Positions 1 to 11,198 of a stretch of 64,000 nt of DNA are shown piece after piece. The stretch comes from Marinilabiliales bacterium (GTDB taxonomy: Bacteria; Bacteroidota; Bacteroidia; Bacteroidales; PUMT01), in the NCBI GenBank assembly GCA_007695015.1, contig REEN01000064.1:1087-65086 (forward strand). The letters run 5' to 3'. The notes below the pieces were generated by a model. It made no database searches. It was given only the letters and a program-made list of their open reading frames with translations, and was not told where the DNA came from. Each line of letters opens with the position of its first letter. The first letter of the stretch is position 1. A program made the position numbers and the translations under genes.

Positions 1-567
1 TACCCTGAAGTTCTCAACCGAATACTTGACATTCTTTATGGGTGTAAAAATGGAGTCCACTGCGACCAGCCCGAACTCAGTCTCTGCGGGCTTGTTCTCT
101 TCTGAAGGTACATATCCGCGTCCCTTGGAAATACTCAGCTCAAGCTGAAGCTTAGTTTCTGGTTCCATCCTGCAGATTACCTGATCAGGGTTCAGTACAA
201 TAAAACCACTCAGGAACTTTGAAAGATCACCGGCCTTGAACTCCTCCTGACCGTTGACTGAAACAGATATTTTTTCCCCCTCGGTATCTTCAATCTGCTT
301 TTTAAATCTTACCTGCTTCAGATTCAGGATTATCTCGGTAACATCTTCAAGAACACCTGTGATGGTAGAGAATTCATGATCAACACCCGCAATTTTAACC
401 GAAGTGATCGCATATCCTTCAAGTGATGAGAGCAACACTCTTCTAAGCGCATTCCCGATTGTAATCCCATATCCGGGTTCGAGAGGACGAAATTCGAATT
501 TCCCGATAGTATCGGTCGATTCGAGCATTATAACTTGTTCCGGTTTTTGAAATGCTAATACTGCCAT
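1..567 (-). CDS. rpoA: DNA-directed RNA polymerase subunit alpha, N-terminal ~189 codons (3' end lies beyond window start)
   Basis: Manual minus-strand translation from ATG (565-567) gives [69 protein letters not shown]..., the conserved RpoA N-terminal domain. It lies directly downstream of rpsD as in the alpha operon. It is absent from the ORF track because there is no stop inside the window. Confidence 0.9.
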   Translation of the reverse strand, partial: MAVLAFQKPEQVIMLESTDTIGKFEFRPLEPGYGITIGNALRRVLLSSLEGYAITSVKIAGVDHEFSTITGVLEDVTEIILNLKQVRFKKQIEDTEGEKISVSVNGQEEFKAGDLSKFLSGFIVLNPDQVICRMEPETKLQLELSISKGRGYVPSEENKPAETEFGLVAVDSIFTPIKNVKYSVENFRV

Positions 568-574
568 TACAATT

Positions 575-1183
575 TTATTTTGAGTACAATTCTACAATCA
601 ATTGTTCTTTTATATTTTCAGGAATATCTTCCCGTTCAGGCATATTCAAAAACCTGCCTCTCATATGATCAGCATCCCATTCAATCCAGGAATATGCATT
701 GCGTTTTCTTCCGTCCAGTGATTCGGTTATGGCTTCAAGAGATTTCGACTTCTCTCTTACCCCAACATAATCACCGCCTTTTACTGTATAGGAGGGAATA
801 TTAACAACCTTGCCGTTAACCGTGATATGCCGGTGAGAAACAAGCTGGCGGGCAGCCGCCCTTGTAGGGGCTATCCCCATTCTGAATACCACGTTATCCA
901 GCCTTGATTCAAGCATTTGCAGCAGAACCTCCCCGGTAATTCCCTTTGAACGGGAAGCTTTCTTGAAAAGATTGCTGAACTGACGTTCCAGCACACCATA
1001 TGTATACTTGGCCTTCTGCTTCTCCTGCAGCTGGACCCCGTACTCGGAAGTCTTTTTACGTCTCCGCGTATTACCATGCATCCCGGGCGGATAGTTTTTC
1101 TTTTCCAGCACTTTGTCGGCTCCAAATATCGGTTCTCCGAACTTTCTTGCAATTTTGGTTCTTGGTCCTCTGTATCTTGCCAT
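575..1183 (-). CDS. rpsD: 30S ribosomal protein S4
   Basis: 202 aa with [21 protein letters not shown]-terminus and S4 RNA-binding domain. Sits between rpsK and rpoA. Confidence 0.96.
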   Translation of the reverse strand: MARYRGPRTKIARKFGEPIFGADKVLEKKNYPPGMHGNTRRRKKTSEYGVQLQEKQKAKYTYGVLERQFSNLFKKASRSKGITGEVLLQMLESRLDNVVFRMGIAPTRAAARQLVSHRHITVNGKVVNIPSYTVKGGDYVGVREKSKSLEAITESLDGRKRNAYSWIEWDADHMRGRFLNMPEREDIPENIKEQLIVELYSK

Positions 1184-1223
1184 TTCTATTAACAGATTAT
1201 TTTATTTTCTCAATCAATTCCAA

Positions 1224-1613
1224 TTATACACGTCTGCGTTTGGGCGGACGACAACCGTTGTGAGGCATCGGGGTTACGTCAACTATCTCGGTAACCTCAA
1301 TCCCCGACGTATGGATTGTCCTTATGGCAGACTCACGGCCCGAACCCGGTCCCTTGACATAAGCCTTTACCTTACGCAGGCCAAGGTCATACGCCTTCTT
1401 GGCACAATCAGCTGCAGAAACCTGTGCGGCATAGGGAGTATTTTTCTTGGAGCCCCTGAATCCGTTCTTGCCGGCAGATGACCAGGCTATTACCTGTCCG
1501 TTGTTATTGGTAAGGGTAACAATTATATTGTTGAATGAAGCATGTATGTGAGCCTGACCTACGGGCTCAACTTTGACGACCCTTTTTCTAGATGTACCTG
1601 TTTTCTTAGCCAT
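1224..1613 (-). CDS. rpsK: 30S ribosomal protein S11
   Basis: 129 aa with ...[30 protein letters not shown]... and C-terminal [13 protein letters not shown], typical of S11. Confidence 0.96.
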   Translation of the reverse strand: MAKKTGTSRKRVVKVEPVGQAHIHASFNNIIVTLTNNNGQVIAWSSAGKNGFRGSKKNTPYAAQVSAADCAKKAYDLGLRKVKAYVKGPGSGRESAIRTIHTSGIEVTEIVDVTPMPHNGCRPPKRRRV

Positions 1614-1627
1614 ATTTACTTAACTGT

Positions 1628-2005
1628 TTATTTGGTTGCCATCTTCTTGTTGGCAACGGTTTTCTTTCTGCCCTTACGGGTTCTTGCATTGTTCTTGGTG
1701 CTTTGTCCACGCACCGGCAACCCGATACGGTGACGGATACCCCTGTAGCACCCAATGTCCATCAAACGCTTTATATTCATCTGTACTGAGGAGCGTAGTT
1801 CTCCCTCTACCTTAAGCTTCTCGTTGATGATGTTCCTGATACCTGACAGCTGACTGTCATCCCAGTCCTTTACCTTAATACTCCTGTCAATACCAGCCTC
1901 ATCCAGAATCTGTTGTGCGGTGCTGCGGCCTATTCCGTATATATAGGTCAGCCCAACCTCACCCCTTTTGTTTTTTGGTAAATCTACACCGACAATTCTT
2001 GCCAT
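1628..2005 (-). CDS. rpsM: 30S ribosomal protein S13
   Basis: 125 aa with [14 protein letters not shown]... and [27 protein letters not shown], typical of S13. Confidence 0.96.
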   Translation of the reverse strand: MARIVGVDLPKNKRGEVGLTYIYGIGRSTAQQILDEAGIDRSIKVKDWDDSQLSGIRNIINEKLKVEGELRSSVQMNIKRLMDIGCYRGIRHRIGLPVRGQSTKNNARTRKGRKKTVANKKMATK

Positions 2006-2101
2006 AGTTTATTTATTATTTAAAAATTATTGCATTGTTATAACAAGGTAACATCCCCCGCACTTTCCCAGTCCCAACATGCAGGCCGGGATAACGCTGA
2101 T

Positions 2102-2218
2102 TTATCCCTGTCTTTGCTTGAATTTGGGATTCTTCTTGTTTATTACATAAAGCCGTCCCTTGCGGCGGACTATCTTGCATTCCGCACTTCTCTTCTTGAC
2201 TGAAGCTCTGACCTTCAT
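2102..2218 (-). CDS. rpmJ: 50S ribosomal protein L36
   Basis: Manual translation of the minus strand gives [38 protein letters not shown] (38 aa, stop TAA at 2102-2104). Too short for the ORF track. Canonical position between infA and rpsM. Confidence 0.92.
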   Translation of the reverse strand: MKVRASVKKRSAECKIVRRKGRLYVINKKNPKFKQRQG

Positions 2219-2235
2219 AACAAATTGATTTTATA

Positions 2236-2454
2236 TTATTTATACCTGTAACAAATTCTTCCTTTTGTAAGGTCATAGGGTGACATCTCAACCTTGACCT
2301 TGTCGCCGGGAAGGATTTTTATATAATGCATCCGCATCTTCCCGGAAATATGTGCAATTATTGTGTGGCCGTTCTCAAGCTCAACCTTAAACATCGCATT
2401 CGATAAGGCCTCAATAATGGTGCCGTCCTGTTCTATGGCTTTCTGTTTTGCCAT
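2236..2454 (-). CDS. infA: translation initiation factor IF-1
   Basis: 72 aa, [69 protein letters not shown].., an S1-like IF-1 fold sequence. Confidence 0.96.
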   Translation of the reverse strand: MAKQKAIEQDGTIIEALSNAMFKVELENGHTIIAHISGKMRMHYIKILPGDKVKVEMSPYDLTKGRICYRYK

Positions 2455-3245
2455 GGTAACCCGTTGTTTTTGGTTAATAAAACTTCTTCTATATACTCAA
2501 ATGTAGACAAGATATCAGCAGAGCCTTTGGACACAACAACCGGAAGCTCGTAATGTGCTGACGGTTTGTTGTCCCGCGTGCGTATGGTCCACCCGTCTGC
2601 CTCCTGCACGATAGTCCTCCCGCCAAGGTTGATCATAGGCTCTATGCATATTACCATACCCTCCTTCAGAAGGGAACCGCGTCCCCTCTTCCCGTAATTT
2701 GGAACTTCAGGATCTTCATGCAGGTTTTCACCTATTCCGTGCCCAACCATCTCCCTTACCACAGAGAATCCGGCAGATTCGGCATGTAATTGAACAGCAT
2801 AACCTATATCGCCAACTCTTTTCCCGGCAACAGCCTGTTCAATTCCCCTGTAAAGGGATTCATAGGTTGTACGCAACAATTCGGCAACACGAGTGTCAAT
2901 CTCCCCAACTGCAAAGGTATAGGCGGTATCGCCGTAATATCCTCTCATCCTGACACCGCAATCGATAGAAACAATCTCACCCTCTTTCAGCACATAATCG
3001 GATGGTATCCCATGTACGACCTGTGAATTGACCGATGTGCAGAGAGTTTTGGGAAACCCGTTGTATCCCTTGAACCCGGGTTCTGCCCCGTTATCAATAA
3101 TAAACTTTTCTGCTATACGGTCAAGTTCAAGGGTGGTCACTCCGGGTTCAATAATTGCAGCAACCTCAGCAAGTGTTCGTGACACAAGGAGGTTGCACTC
3201 CCGCATGATCTCTATCGCTTCCCTTCTCTTGTCATTTAACATCAA
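2433..3245 (-). CDS. map: type I methionyl aminopeptidase
   Basis: 270 aa with metal-ligand blocks ...VVHGIPS..., ...IVSIDCG..., ...GDTAYTF..., ...VGHGIG..LHE.P.V.NY... Sits between secY and infA, with 22-nt overlap on the infA start. Confidence 0.93.
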   Translation of the reverse strand: MMLNDKRREAIEIMRECNLLVSRTLAEVAAIIEPGVTTLELDRIAEKFIIDNGAEPGFKGYNGFPKTLCTSVNSQVVHGIPSDYVLKEGEIVSIDCGVRMRGYYGDTAYTFAVGEIDTRVAELLRTTYESLYRGIEQAVAGKRVGDIGYAVQLHAESAGFSVVREMVGHGIGENLHEDPEVPNYGKRGRGSLLKEGMVICIEPMINLGGRTIVQEADGWTIRTRDNKPSAHYELPVVVSKGSADILSTFEYIEEVLLTKNNGLPWQNRKP

Positions 3246-3263
3246 AGAACTTGTATTATCAGG

Positions 3264-4601
3264 TCAGATGCCGCCTCCGCCGCTTCTTCCCTTTATTCTG
3301 CCTGTTTTCATCAGGCCGTCATAATGCCTCATCAGCAAGTGACTTTCAATCTGCTGCAGGGTATCAAGAACGACACCAACCATAATAAGCAGTGATGTAC
3401 CACCATAAAACTGTGCCCATTGTGAGTTAACACCGGCCAGCATGGCAAATGCGGGCATAATTGCAACAATTGCCAGAAATATTGAGCCGGGCAGTGTGAT
3501 CCTTGACATTATGGTATCAAGGAATTCAACAGTCTTCTTCCCGGGCTTGACACCTGGTATAAAGCCTCCGTTACGTTTCATGTCCTCAGCCATTTGCGAG
3601 GGGTTTACCGTGACGGCCGTATAGAAATATGTAAACAATATAATCAGGACTGCAAAGGTGAAATTATACCAGAAACCTGTAAAATTACTGAAAGCCGCTG
3701 CAAAACCTGTCATCGTTTCGGTGGGTGCAAAACTTGACAATGTAAGTGGAATGAACATGAGTGCCTGGGCAAAAATAATCGGCATCACCCCGGCAGAGTT
3801 CACCTTGAGCGGTATATACTGCCTCACACCTCCATACTGTTTGTTACCAACGATCCGTTTTGCATACTGCACGGGGATTCTCCTGGTTCCCTGAACCAGC
3901 AGGATAACTCCCATAAATACGAAAAACAACACCACCATCTCAACAATGAACATTATAAGTCCCCCGCCAACCTGCTGCTCAAGCTTGGCAAAAAATTCGG
4001 CAGCCAGGGCAAACGGAAGCCTTGCAATGATACCCACCATTATAATAAGGGAAATACCGTTGCCAATTCCCTTGTCGGTAATACGCTCTCCGAGCCACAT
4101 TACGAACATGGTACCCGATATAAGAATGATGACCAGGAAGGCCCAGAACATGGCTCCCTCCAGAACAAACGCCTGTGGCACCTGTGCCCGTAAGTTGGTC
4201 AGGTAAGCAGGCCCCTGGAAAATAAGTATCAGCACGGTAAGATACCTGGTAATCTGGTTGATCTTCCTTCGTCCGCTCTCGCCTTCGCGCTGCAGCCGCT
4301 GGAAATATGGAATTGCTATACCGAGAAGCTGCACTACGATCGATGCCGATATGTACGGCATGATACCAAGTGCAAATATTGAAGCATTCGCGAAGGCTCC
4401 TCCCGAAAACATGTCCAGAAGCCCGAGTATTCCGTCAGCGGTCTGCATCTTCATTGCAGCCAGTTCTGAAGGATCAATCCCCGGCAGTACAACGAACGAG
4501 CCAAGACGATAGATAAGCAATATCCCCAGAGTATAAAGAATCCTTGAGCGCAGATCTTCAATCTTGAAAATGTTCTTTATGGTTTCAATGAATTTCTTCA
4601 T
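3264..4601 (-). CDS. secY: preprotein translocase subunit SecY
   Basis: 445-aa polytopic membrane protein (...GIMPYISASIVVQLL...). Canonical position after rplO. Confidence 0.95.
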   Translation of the reverse strand: MKKFIETIKNIFKIEDLRSRILYTLGILLIYRLGSFVVLPGIDPSELAAMKMQTADGILGLLDMFSGGAFANASIFALGIMPYISASIVVQLLGIAIPYFQRLQREGESGRRKINQITRYLTVLILIFQGPAYLTNLRAQVPQAFVLEGAMFWAFLVIILISGTMFVMWLGERITDKGIGNGISLIIMVGIIARLPFALAAEFFAKLEQQVGGGLIMFIVEMVVLFFVFMGVILLVQGTRRIPVQYAKRIVGNKQYGGVRQYIPLKVNSAGVMPIIFAQALMFIPLTLSSFAPTETMTGFAAAFSNFTGFWYNFTFAVLIILFTYFYTAVTVNPSQMAEDMKRNGGFIPGVKPGKKTVEFLDTIMSRITLPGSIFLAIVAIMPAFAMLAGVNSQWAQFYGGTSLLIMVGVVLDTLQQIESHLLMRHYDGLMKTGRIKGRSGGGGI

Positions 4602-4606
4602 GTAGA

Positions 4607-5053
4607 TTATATTTTTACCGCAGTGCCACCTGATTTCTCAATTGCTTCCTGGGCCGACCTGGAAAATGCGTGGGCCTTCACTTCCAATTTAGCATCAAGG
4701 GTACCGTTCCCAAGAATTTTAACCATGTCATTACGCGACACAAAACCGGCGCTGACCAGTGTCTGGACATCAATTGATGTTGCCCCGGTCCTGTCTGCGA
4801 GACCCTGCAATAAACCGAGATTTATCCCTTTGTAGGACTTGCGGTTTATATTCTTGAACCCGAATTTGGGAACACGCCTCTGAAGCGGCATCTGTCCTCC
4901 CTCGAATCCTGCCTGCCTGCTGTATCCGGAGCGGGATTTCTGACCCTTATGCCCCTTGGTAGCCGTATCGCCCCTGCCGGAACCCTCGCCCCGTCCAAGC
5001 CTCTTATTGCGTTTTACCGAACCTTTTGCAGGTTTTAAATTACTCAAATCCAT
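4607..5053 (-). CDS. rplO: 50S ribosomal protein L15
   Basis: 148 aa with [42 protein letters not shown], typical of L15. Confidence 0.95.
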   Translation of the reverse strand: MDLSNLKPAKGSVKRNKRLGRGEGSGRGDTATKGHKGQKSRSGYSRQAGFEGGQMPLQRRVPKFGFKNINRKSYKGINLGLLQGLADRTGATSIDVQTLVSAGFVSRNDMVKILGNGTLDAKLEVKAHAFSRSAQEAIEKSGGTAVKI

Positions 5054-5071
5054 ATCTGAAACAATGATTAA

Positions 5072-5254
5072 TTATTTTATCTTTTCGACCTTAAGCAAAT
5101 GACGCACCTTCTCAACCATGCCCAATACCTGGGGCGTCGATTCAGCTTCGATGCTGCTGCTTATCCTTTTCAGGCCCAAAGCGTCCAGGGTCCTCTTCTG
5201 ACTCTGGTTACTGCCGATCCTGCTCTTTACCTGTGTAATCCGAATCTTTGCCAT
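5072..5254 (-). CDS. rpmD: 50S ribosomal protein L30
   Basis: 60 aa with MAKIRITQVKSRIGSNQSQKRTLDALGL, typical of L30. Confidence 0.93.
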   Translation of the reverse strand: MAKIRITQVKSRIGSNQSQKRTLDALGLKRISSSIEAESTPQVLGMVEKVRHLLKVEKIK

Positions 5255-5267
5255 GATATATTAATTT

Positions 5268-5783
5268 CTAACCGTTAAAAACCTTGTCCAATGGTATCCC
5301 CCTGAGTTCAGAAACCGTATGTGCATCACGCAACTCCATAAGTGCTTCAAAGGTTGCCTTGACAAGGTTGTGAGGATTGGAAGATCCCTTTGACTTGGCC
5401 AGCACGTCGGTTACCCCGACACTTTCAAGCACTGCACGCATCGCACCTCCGGCAACTACACCGGTTCCGTGTGAAGCTGGCTTCAGAAAAACCCTGGCGC
5501 CGCCATACTTGGCCACCTGCTCGTGAGGTATCGTGCCTTTGTGTATCGGCACTCTTACCAGGTTCTTCTTGGCATCGTCAATACCCTTTGCAATTGCAGT
5601 TGTCACCTCATTGGCCTTACCAAGACCGTATCCCACTATTCCATCTTCATTCCCAACCACCACTATGGCGGAAAAACTGAATGTGCGGCCTCCCTTTGTT
5701 ACCTTGGTGACTCGCTGAATGCTTACGACCCTGTCTTTAAGCTCCAGGTCACTGGTCTTTACTTTTCTTATTGTTGTTGACAT
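5268..5783 (-). CDS. rpsE: 30S ribosomal protein S5
   Basis: 171 aa with ...[39 protein letters not shown], typical of S5. Confidence 0.96.
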   Translation of the reverse strand: MSTTIRKVKTSDLELKDRVVSIQRVTKVTKGGRTFSFSAIVVVGNEDGIVGYGLGKANEVTTAIAKGIDDAKKNLVRVPIHKGTIPHEQVAKYGGARVFLKPASHGTGVVAGGAMRAVLESVGVTDVLAKSKGSSNPHNLVKATFEALMELRDAHTVSELRGIPLDKVFNG

Positions 5784-5785
5784 AA

Positions 5786-6226
5786 TTAAAATTTTAATCC
5801 TGCTTCCCTGGCGGCATCAGCCAAAGCTTTTACCCTGCCATGATACAAATAGCCGTTTCTGTCAAATACCACTGTCGAAATACCTTTTTCAAGTGACTTT
5901 TCGGCAATGAGTTTACCAACTTGTTTTGCCTGTAAAGTCTTGGTCACCTTTTTGGCATCCCCGGCCTTGGTCACCTTTTTGGCATCCCCGGCCTTGGTCA
6001 CCTTTTTGGCATCCTCGGCCTTGGCCACCTTTTTGGCATCCTCACCGGTCTTTTCCCTTGAGTCTGCGGCAACCAGTGTTTTCCCGTTGAGATCGTCAAT
6101 CAGCTGAACATAAATACCTTTATTGCTGCGGAAAACCGACATCCTGGGCCGCTCCTGGGTCCCTGAAACATGTCTGCGGATTCTCATTTTTATCCGCTTT
6201 CTTCTTTTAAGCTTAGTTAAAGCCAT
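5786..6226 (-). CDS. rplR: 50S ribosomal protein L18 carrying an internal lysine-rich tandem-repeat insertion
   Basis: 146 aa. Conserved L18 ends are intact ([21 protein letters not shown]... and ...[28 protein letters not shown]), but the middle carries ~30 extra residues, [35 protein letters not shown]. Confidence 0.93.
   Translation of the reverse strand: MALTKLKRRKRIKMRIRRHVSGTQERPRMSVFRSNKGIYVQLIDDLNGKTLVAADSREKTGEDAKKVAKAEDAKKVTKAGDAKKVTKAGDAKKVTKTLQAKQVGKLIAEKSLEKGISTVVFDRNGYLYHGRVKALADAAREAGLKF
5941..6048 (-). repeat. 27-nt tandem repeat x4 inside rplR coding sequence
   Basis: Plus-strand unit tggtcacctttttggcatccccggcct at 5941-5967 and 5968-5994 (identical). 5995-6021 has 1 mismatch and 6022-6048 is more diverged. 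In frame, encoding AGDAKKVTK-type units. Confidence 0.95.
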
Positions 6227-6250
6227 GATTAAATACCTGTTTTGAAAAAA

Positions 6251-6805
6251 TTATACACTTGCAGATTTGCCGGCCTTCTTCCTTATATGCTCTCCCACGA
6301 ACTTAACTCCCTTGCCCTTGTAGGGTTCAGGTTTGCGGAATGATCTTATTTTGGCTGCAACCTGGCCAATAAGCTGCTTATCTATTCCCTTCAGGGTAAT
6401 GACCGGGTTGCTGCGCCTCTCAGTTTTGGCTTCAACCGCTATCTCAGATGGAATCTCAAAAAAGATGTCATGAGAATATCCGAGACTAAGCTCCAGCACC
6501 TGGCCTTTAGCTTCAGCCCTGTAACCAACGCCAACAAGTTCCTGTTTGATCTCATAACCCTTTGACACCCCTTCAACCATATTATACACAAGGGACCTGT
6601 ACAAACCGTGCATCGATTTTGACTGGTTGTCTTCCGACGACCGCGAAAAAATTACCTGGTTTTCTTCTACCTTTACGGTTATCCGGCTGTCAAGCTTTTC
6701 AGTCAGCTCGCCCAGCGGTCCTTTTACGGTTACAAGATTATCCTTGTCGACTGATACAGTTACTTTCTCGGGTATCTCTACCGGTAAATTTCCTATTCTT
6801 GACAT
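6251..6805 (-). CDS. rplF: 50S ribosomal protein L6
   Basis: 184 aa with MSRIGNLPVEIPEKVTVSV... and ...RKPEPYKGKGVKFVGE, typical of L6. Confidence 0.95.
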   Translation of the reverse strand: MSRIGNLPVEIPEKVTVSVDKDNLVTVKGPLGELTEKLDSRITVKVEENQVIFSRSSEDNQSKSMHGLYRSLVYNMVEGVSKGYEIKQELVGVGYRAEAKGQVLELSLGYSHDIFFEIPSEIAVEAKTERRSNPVITLKGIDKQLIGQVAAKIRSFRKPEPYKGKGVKFVGEHIRKKAGKSASV

Positions 6806-6819
6806 TTATAATCCTCCAG

Positions 6820-7215
6820 TTAATAAACGTAACACATTACTTCACCGCCGATACTCTTCTTACGGGCTTCCTTATCGGTCATAACTCCCTGGGATGTCGA
6901 CATTATAGCAATGCCCAGTCCGTTAAGCACCCTGGGAAGGTCATCCCTGCCTTTGTACTGCCTCAGACCAGGCCGGCTGACACGGCGAAGCGATTTAATG
7001 GCCGGCTGCTTTGTCTCAGGATGATACTTCAGGGCAATCTTAATGATACCCTGCACCCCGTCATCCTGGAATTTATAGTTAAGAATATAACCCTTCTCAT
7101 GAAGAATTTTGGTTATATCCTTTTTTACATTGGAAGCAGGAATCTCAACGATCTTATGCTTTGCCATGATGGCATTTCTCAGCCGCGTAAGATAATCTGC
7201 TATCGGATCTGTCAT
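6820..7215 (-). CDS. rpsH: 30S ribosomal protein S8
   Basis: 131 aa with [20 protein letters not shown]... and ...GGEVMCYVY, typical of S8. Confidence 0.96.
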   Translation of the reverse strand: MTDPIADYLTRLRNAIMAKHKIVEIPASNVKKDITKILHEKGYILNYKFQDDGVQGIIKIALKYHPETKQPAIKSLRRVSRPGLRQYKGRDDLPRVLNGLGIAIMSTSQGVMTDKEARKKSIGGEVMCYVY

Positions 7216-7239
7216 CTCTGTTATTATTTTAATAATTAA

Positions 7240-7509
7240 TTACCAACTAGCTTTTCTTATACCGGGAATAAGGCCCTTTGATGCCATCTCCCTGAAAGTA
7301 ATCCTGCTAACACCGAACTGCCGTATATAACCCTTGGGCCTTCCTGTCAGCTTGCACCGGTTATGAAGACGGATAGGGTTGCTGTTACGCGGCAGGCGGC
7401 TCAACCCGACATAATCACCTTCTGCTTTCAATTGGGCCCGCTTCTCGGCGTAACGGTCCACAAGTTTTTGACGGCGCTTTTCACGCGCTTTCATTGACTC
7501 TTTTGCCAT
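7240..7509 (-). CDS. rpsN: 30S ribosomal protein S14
   Basis: 89 aa with [17 protein letters not shown]... and ...[34 protein letters not shown]. Confidence 0.95.
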   Translation of the reverse strand: MAKESMKAREKRRQKLVDRYAEKRAQLKAEGDYVGLSRLPRNSNPIRLHNRCKLTGRPKGYIRQFGVSRITFREMASKGLIPGIRKASW

Positions 7510-7512
7510 ATT

Positions 7513-8070
7513 CTAATCCTTTTTTACGTTCTTGAATGGTATCCCAAACTCCCTGAGCAATGCATACCCCTCTTCATCTGTAGCGGCAGTGGTTACGAAG
7601 GTGATCTCCATTCCAAGTATTTTATTGATCTTGTCAATATCTATTTCCGGAAAAATAATTTGCTCGGCTATGCCCAGTGTATAATTGCCACGTCCGTCGA
7701 GCTTGGCGCTTACTCCCCTGAAGTCCCTGATCCTTGGCAGGGCGGCTGCTATAAGTCTCTCCAGGAATTCATACATCCTCTCCCTGCGAAGTGTAACACG
7801 CACCCCGATCGGCATATCGCGCCTGAGCTTGAAGTTTGAAATGTCTTTCCTTGAGACCGTCTGCACGGCTTTCTGACCAGCTATGGCAGTAAGTTCAACC
7901 TGTGCCGTTTCGATCAGCTTCTTGTCCGCTACCGCATCACCGACTCCCTGGTTTATTACGATCTTTTGCAATCTGGGCACCTGCATAACAGTCTTGTATT
8001 TGAACTCCTTTTTGAGCGCAGGCACAATCTCATTGAAATATCTCTCTTTAAGTGAAGGCTTGTAGTCCAT
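7513..8070 (-). CDS. rplE: 50S ribosomal protein L5
   Basis: 185 aa with ...[14 protein letters not shown]... and ...[24 protein letters not shown]. Confidence 0.96.
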   Translation of the reverse strand: MDYKPSLKERYFNEIVPALKKEFKYKTVMQVPRLQKIVINQGVGDAVADKKLIETAQVELTAIAGQKAVQTVSRKDISNFKLRRDMPIGVRVTLRRERMYEFLERLIAAALPRIRDFRGVSAKLDGRGNYTLGIAEQIIFPEIDIDKINKILGMEITFVTTAATDEEGYALLREFGIPFKNVKKD

Positions 8071-8393
8071 TACTTGATTTCCTCCCCCGTTTTTTTAGAA
8101 TAACGTACCAATTTGTTTTTATCATTTACCCGGCGGCCCACTTTTGTGGGATTGCCTGTTGAAGGGTCCACCAGCATCAGGTTGGTAATATTGACAGGCG
8201 CTTCCTTCCTGATTATTCCACCCTGTGTGTGCTTTGCATTTGGTTTCGTGTGCCGGGCCACCATGTTGACACCTTCAACAATGGCCTTCCCTTCTTTTGT
8301 AATCACATCGAGAACCCTTCCCTGTTGCCCCTTGGCTTCACCAGAGATAACATAAACCGTATCACCTTTCTTTATATGGTATTTTCTGCCCAT
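8070..8393 (-). CDS. rplX: 50S ribosomal protein L24
   Basis: 107 aa with KOW motif [22 protein letters not shown]. Its stop overlaps the rplE start by 1 nt. Confidence 0.94.
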   Translation of the reverse strand: MGRKYHIKKGDTVYVISGEAKGQQGRVLDVITKEGKAIVEGVNMVARHTKPNAKHTQGGIIRKEAPVNITNLMLVDPSTGNPTKVGRRVNDKNKLVRYSKKTGEEIK

Positions 8394-8416
8394 CAGAATT
8401 GTTATTTAATGTTTTA

Positions 8417-8782
8417 CTATAATACTTCCGGCGCAAGCGAAACTATCTTCATATATTTATCGCGAAGCTCACGCGGGACGGGTCCGAATATACGGGTACC
8501 CCTTATTTCACCAACGTTGTTGAGAAGAACTACCGCGTTGTCATCGAACCGGATATAGGATCCGTCGGTTCTGCGTATTTCATTCCTGGTGCGGACAACG
8601 ACGGCCTTGGTTACTGTTCCCTTCTTGATTTCACCTGAGGGAATAGCGCTTTTAACAGTAACAACTATCTTATCGCCTACTCTTGCATATTTCTTTCCGC
8701 TTCCGCCAAGAACCCTGATGCAAAGGACCTCTTTGGCCCCTGAGTTGTCAGCTACGCCTAATCTGCTCTCTTGTTGTATCAT
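8417..8782 (-). CDS. rplN: 50S ribosomal protein L14
   Basis: 121 aa with [27 protein letters not shown]..., typical of L14. Confidence 0.97.
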   Translation of the reverse strand: MIQQESRLGVADNSGAKEVLCIRVLGGSGKKYARVGDKIVVTVKSAIPSGEIKKGTVTKAVVVRTRNEIRRTDGSYIRFDDNAVVLLNNVGEIRGTRIFGPVPRELRDKYMKIVSLAPEVL

Positions 8783-8784
8783 CG

Positions 8785-9039
8785 TTATTTAGCTCTTTCA
8801 ATTATTTCTACCAGCCTCCAGCATTTATCCTTGCTCATAGGCCTTGTTTCCATTATCTTGACAGTATCACCAATATTACAGCTGTTCTGCTCATCATGAG
8901 CCATCAGCTTGGTCGATTTCTTTACAAACTTTCCGTAAATCGGATGCTTAACCCTGCGGTTAACGGTAACTAATATGGATTTATCCATTTTGTTGCTTAT
9001 AACAACACCGACCCGTTCTTTTCTAAGTTTCCTTTCCAT
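8785..9039 (-). CDS. rpsQ: 30S ribosomal protein S17
   Basis: 84 aa with ...[40 protein letters not shown]....GD.V.I.ETRP.SK.K.W. Confidence 0.95.
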   Translation of the reverse strand: MERKLRKERVGVVISNKMDKSILVTVNRRVKHPIYGKFVKKSTKLMAHDEQNSCNIGDTVKIMETRPMSKDKCWRLVEIIERAK

Positions 9040-9047
9040 TGGTATAA

Positions 9048-9254
9048 CTAACTTTTCTGTTTCTCTGTTAACATACGTTGACGCAATTCAGTCTTCAACC
9101 TGGCAATATTCCTTTTGGTAGCCGGTATTTTAAGAGGATTGTCAAGCGGCGATACCGTATGGTTCATCCTGAGCTTGAGCAGGAGGCTCTTCTCAGTGTC
9201 GATCCGTTCCTCTATTTCGCTGGTGGATAACTCCTTTATCTCTTTAATCTTCAT
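9048..9254 (-). CDS. rpmC: 50S ribosomal protein L29
   Basis: 68 aa starting [18 protein letters not shown]... Sits between rplP and rpsQ. Confidence 0.92.
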   Translation of the reverse strand: MKIKEIKELSTSEIEERIDTEKSLLLKLRMNHTVSPLDNPLKIPATKRNIARLKTELRQRMLTEKQKS

Positions 9255-9272
9255 GTTCTATTATTCTTTATA

Positions 9273-9701
9273 TCAATTGGGTTTGTGCTCAAAATCACGC
9301 CGCACAACGAATTTCGTGGTAATAGGCAGCTTCTGGGCTGCAAGCCTGAGAGCCTCCCTGGCGACTTCAATAGGCACACCTTCCGCCTCTATTATTATCC
9401 TGCCGGGAGTAACCGGTGCAACGAAAGCTTCGGGAGCACCTTTACCCTTACCCATACGGACCTCTGCCGGTTTCTTGGTAATGGGCTTGTCAGGAAATAT
9501 CCTGATCCAGATCTGCCCCTCCCTTTTCATATGACGGGTAACCGCCTGCCTGGCAGCTTCAATCTGACGGCTCGTGATCCATGACTCCTCAAGTGCCTTT
9601 ATCCCGAAAGAGCCGAATGCCAGCTGGTTGCCACGCTGTGCGTTGCCCTTCATCTTGCCTTTCTGCTGCCGTCTGTATTTCGTTTTCTTTGGCTGTAACA
9701 T
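9273..9701 (-). CDS. rplP: 50S ribosomal protein L16
   Basis: 142 aa with [31 protein letters not shown], typical of L16. Confidence 0.96.
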   Translation of the reverse strand: MLQPKKTKYRRQQKGKMKGNAQRGNQLAFGSFGIKALEESWITSRQIEAARQAVTRHMKREGQIWIRIFPDKPITKKPAEVRMGKGKGAPEAFVAPVTPGRIIIEAEGVPIEVAREALRLAAQKLPITTKFVVRRDFEHKPN

Positions 9702-9731
9702 TGGTACAATATCTTATTCTATATTAATAAA

Positions 9732-10448
9732 CTATTTTTTCCTTCTTTTAAAACCTCCCCTGTCCTTGGGCTTATCTCCGGTTGCAGGTCCGCCTGCTCC
9801 GAGATTCGGCGACAGGTCGCGTTTTCCGTAAACTTCTCCGTTACATATCCACACCTTAACACCGATCATTCCAACCTTGGTCAGAGCCTCGCTGAGTGCA
9901 TAATCAATATTGGCCCTAAGGGTATGCAGGGGCGTCCGTCCCTCCTTGTACATTTCCGACCTTGCCATCTCTGCTCCGCCAAGCCTGCCGCTTATCTGCA
10001 CCTTAATTCCTTCAGCGCCCATTCGCATGGTCGAGGCGATTGCCATCTTGATGGCACGCCTGTAGGATATCTTACCCTCAATCTGCCTCGCAAGGTTGTT
10101 GGCTACTATTGTAGCGTCAAGTTCGGGGCGCTTAACCTCAAAAATATTGATCTGCACTTCCTTCTGCGTGATCTCCTTAAGCTCCTCCTTGAGTTTGTCA
10201 ACTTCCTGACCGCCTTTCCCGATAATTATCCCGGGCCTGGCAGTATTCACGGTTACCGTAATAAGCTTGAGCGTACGCTCGATTATAATTTTTGAAATAC
10301 TCGCCTTGGCAAGCCTTGCATTGAGATACTGCCTGATCTTGTGGTCCTCAACCAGCTTGGCAGAATAATCGTTGCCTCCATACCAGTTGGAATCCCACCC
10401 CCTGATTATGCCCAGCCTGTTACTTATCGGATTAACTTTTTGTCCCAT
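9732..10448 (-). CDS. rpsC: 30S ribosomal protein S3
   Basis: 238 aa with [23 protein letters not shown]..., a KH domain and a basic tail. Confidence 0.96.
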   Translation of the reverse strand: MGQKVNPISNRLGIIRGWDSNWYGGNDYSAKLVEDHKIRQYLNARLAKASISKIIIERTLKLITVTVNTARPGIIIGKGGQEVDKLKEELKEITQKEVQINIFEVKRPELDATIVANNLARQIEGKISYRRAIKMAIASTMRMGAEGIKVQISGRLGGAEMARSEMYKEGRTPLHTLRANIDYALSEALTKVGMIGVKVWICNGEVYGKRDLSPNLGAGGPATGDKPKDRGGFKRRKK

Positions 10449-10454
10449 TGACTA

Positions 10455-10877
10455 TTATTTTGTGTCGACTTCTGTCGGTTGTTGTTCAACTTTGTCCAGC
10501 ACCACGGTAACATGGTTGGAGCGTTTCCTTATACGATGAGCCCTGCCCTGCGGAGCCGGCCTCAGTCTCTTGAGGGTCCTTGCCTGGTCAACCCTTACCT
10601 CGCTTACCACAAGGTTTGTATCTTCAATACGCACTCCCTCATTCTTTATCTGCCAGTTGGCAATAGCTGATAGCAGAAGCTTTTCCATCCTCCGGGATGC
10701 TTCCTTTGAACTGTACTTAAGGGTGTCAAGAGCCTTGTTTACTTCCTCACCCCTTACCAAGTCGGCAACCAGCCTCATCTTACGAGGAGAAGTTGGGCAA
10801 TTGCGCAACACTGCAAAATACCTGCTTTTCTTATCCTCCTTTATCTGCTGAGCTCGTTGTTGTTTTCTGGATCCCAT
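10455..10877 (-). CDS. rplV: 50S ribosomal protein L22
   Basis: 140 aa with ...[18 protein letters not shown]... and ...[21 protein letters not shown]. Confidence 0.94.
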   Translation of the reverse strand: MGSRKQQRAQQIKEDKKSRYFAVLRNCPTSPRKMRLVADLVRGEEVNKALDTLKYSSKEASRRMEKLLLSAIANWQIKNEGVRIEDTNLVVSEVRVDQARTLKRLRPAPQGRAHRIRKRSNHVTVVLDKVEQQPTEVDTK

Positions 10878-10908
10878 CTCTGAAAATTATAATGAATGTT
10901 GTATAATC

Positions 10909-11178
10909 CTATTTATTCCTTTTTCCTCCGTGACCCCGGAACATCCGGGTGGGAGAGAATTCGCCGAGTTTGTGCCCCACCATGTTCTCGGTAACATATA
11001 CGGGAATGAATTTGTTCCCGTTGTGAACGGCAATCGTATGGCCGACAAAATCGGGCGATATCATTGAACGGCGCGACCAGGTCTTGATAACTGTCTTCTT
11101 GCCCGACTTGTTCATGTCGGTAACCCTTTTATCCAGCTTGTAATCAATAAATGGTCCTTTCTTCAGTGAGCGAGTCAT
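10909..11178 (-). CDS. rpsS: 30S ribosomal protein S19
   Basis: 89 aa with [15 protein letters not shown]... and ...[30 protein letters not shown]. Confidence 0.97.
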   Translation of the reverse strand: MTRSLKKGPFIDYKLDKRVTDMNKSGKKTVIKTWSRRSMISPDFVGHTIAVHNGNKFIPVYVTENMVGHKLGEFSPTRMFRGHGGKRNK

Positions 11179-11198
11179 AGTGATCGTTTATTATCAGT

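Noticed and set aside
1400-1415. Sigma-54-like -24/-12 element (TGGCAC-N5-gCTGC), found while looking for targets of the sigma-54 activator
   Set aside because: It lies inside rpsK on the antisense strand, and the -12 element deviates from TTGC. No intergenic match was found in the window.
2016-2291. 91-aa minus-strand ORF in the ORF track spanning the infA-rpsM gap
   Set aside because: It is in a different frame from the genuine 38-codon rpmJ (2102..2218) and overlaps the infA 3' end. L36 explains the coding signal here.
2433-2454. 22-nt overlap of the map 3' end with the infA start as a possible frameshift or annotation problem
   Set aside because: Both proteins are full length with intact conserved termini. 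A short C-terminal extension of Map is sufficient to explain the overlap.
5941-6048. Tandem repeats (here and at 63781..63933) considered as a CRISPR array or minisatellite
   Set aside because: The units are directly abutting with no spacers, are in frame inside ORFs and are not palindromic. They are coding tandem repeats, not CRISPR.
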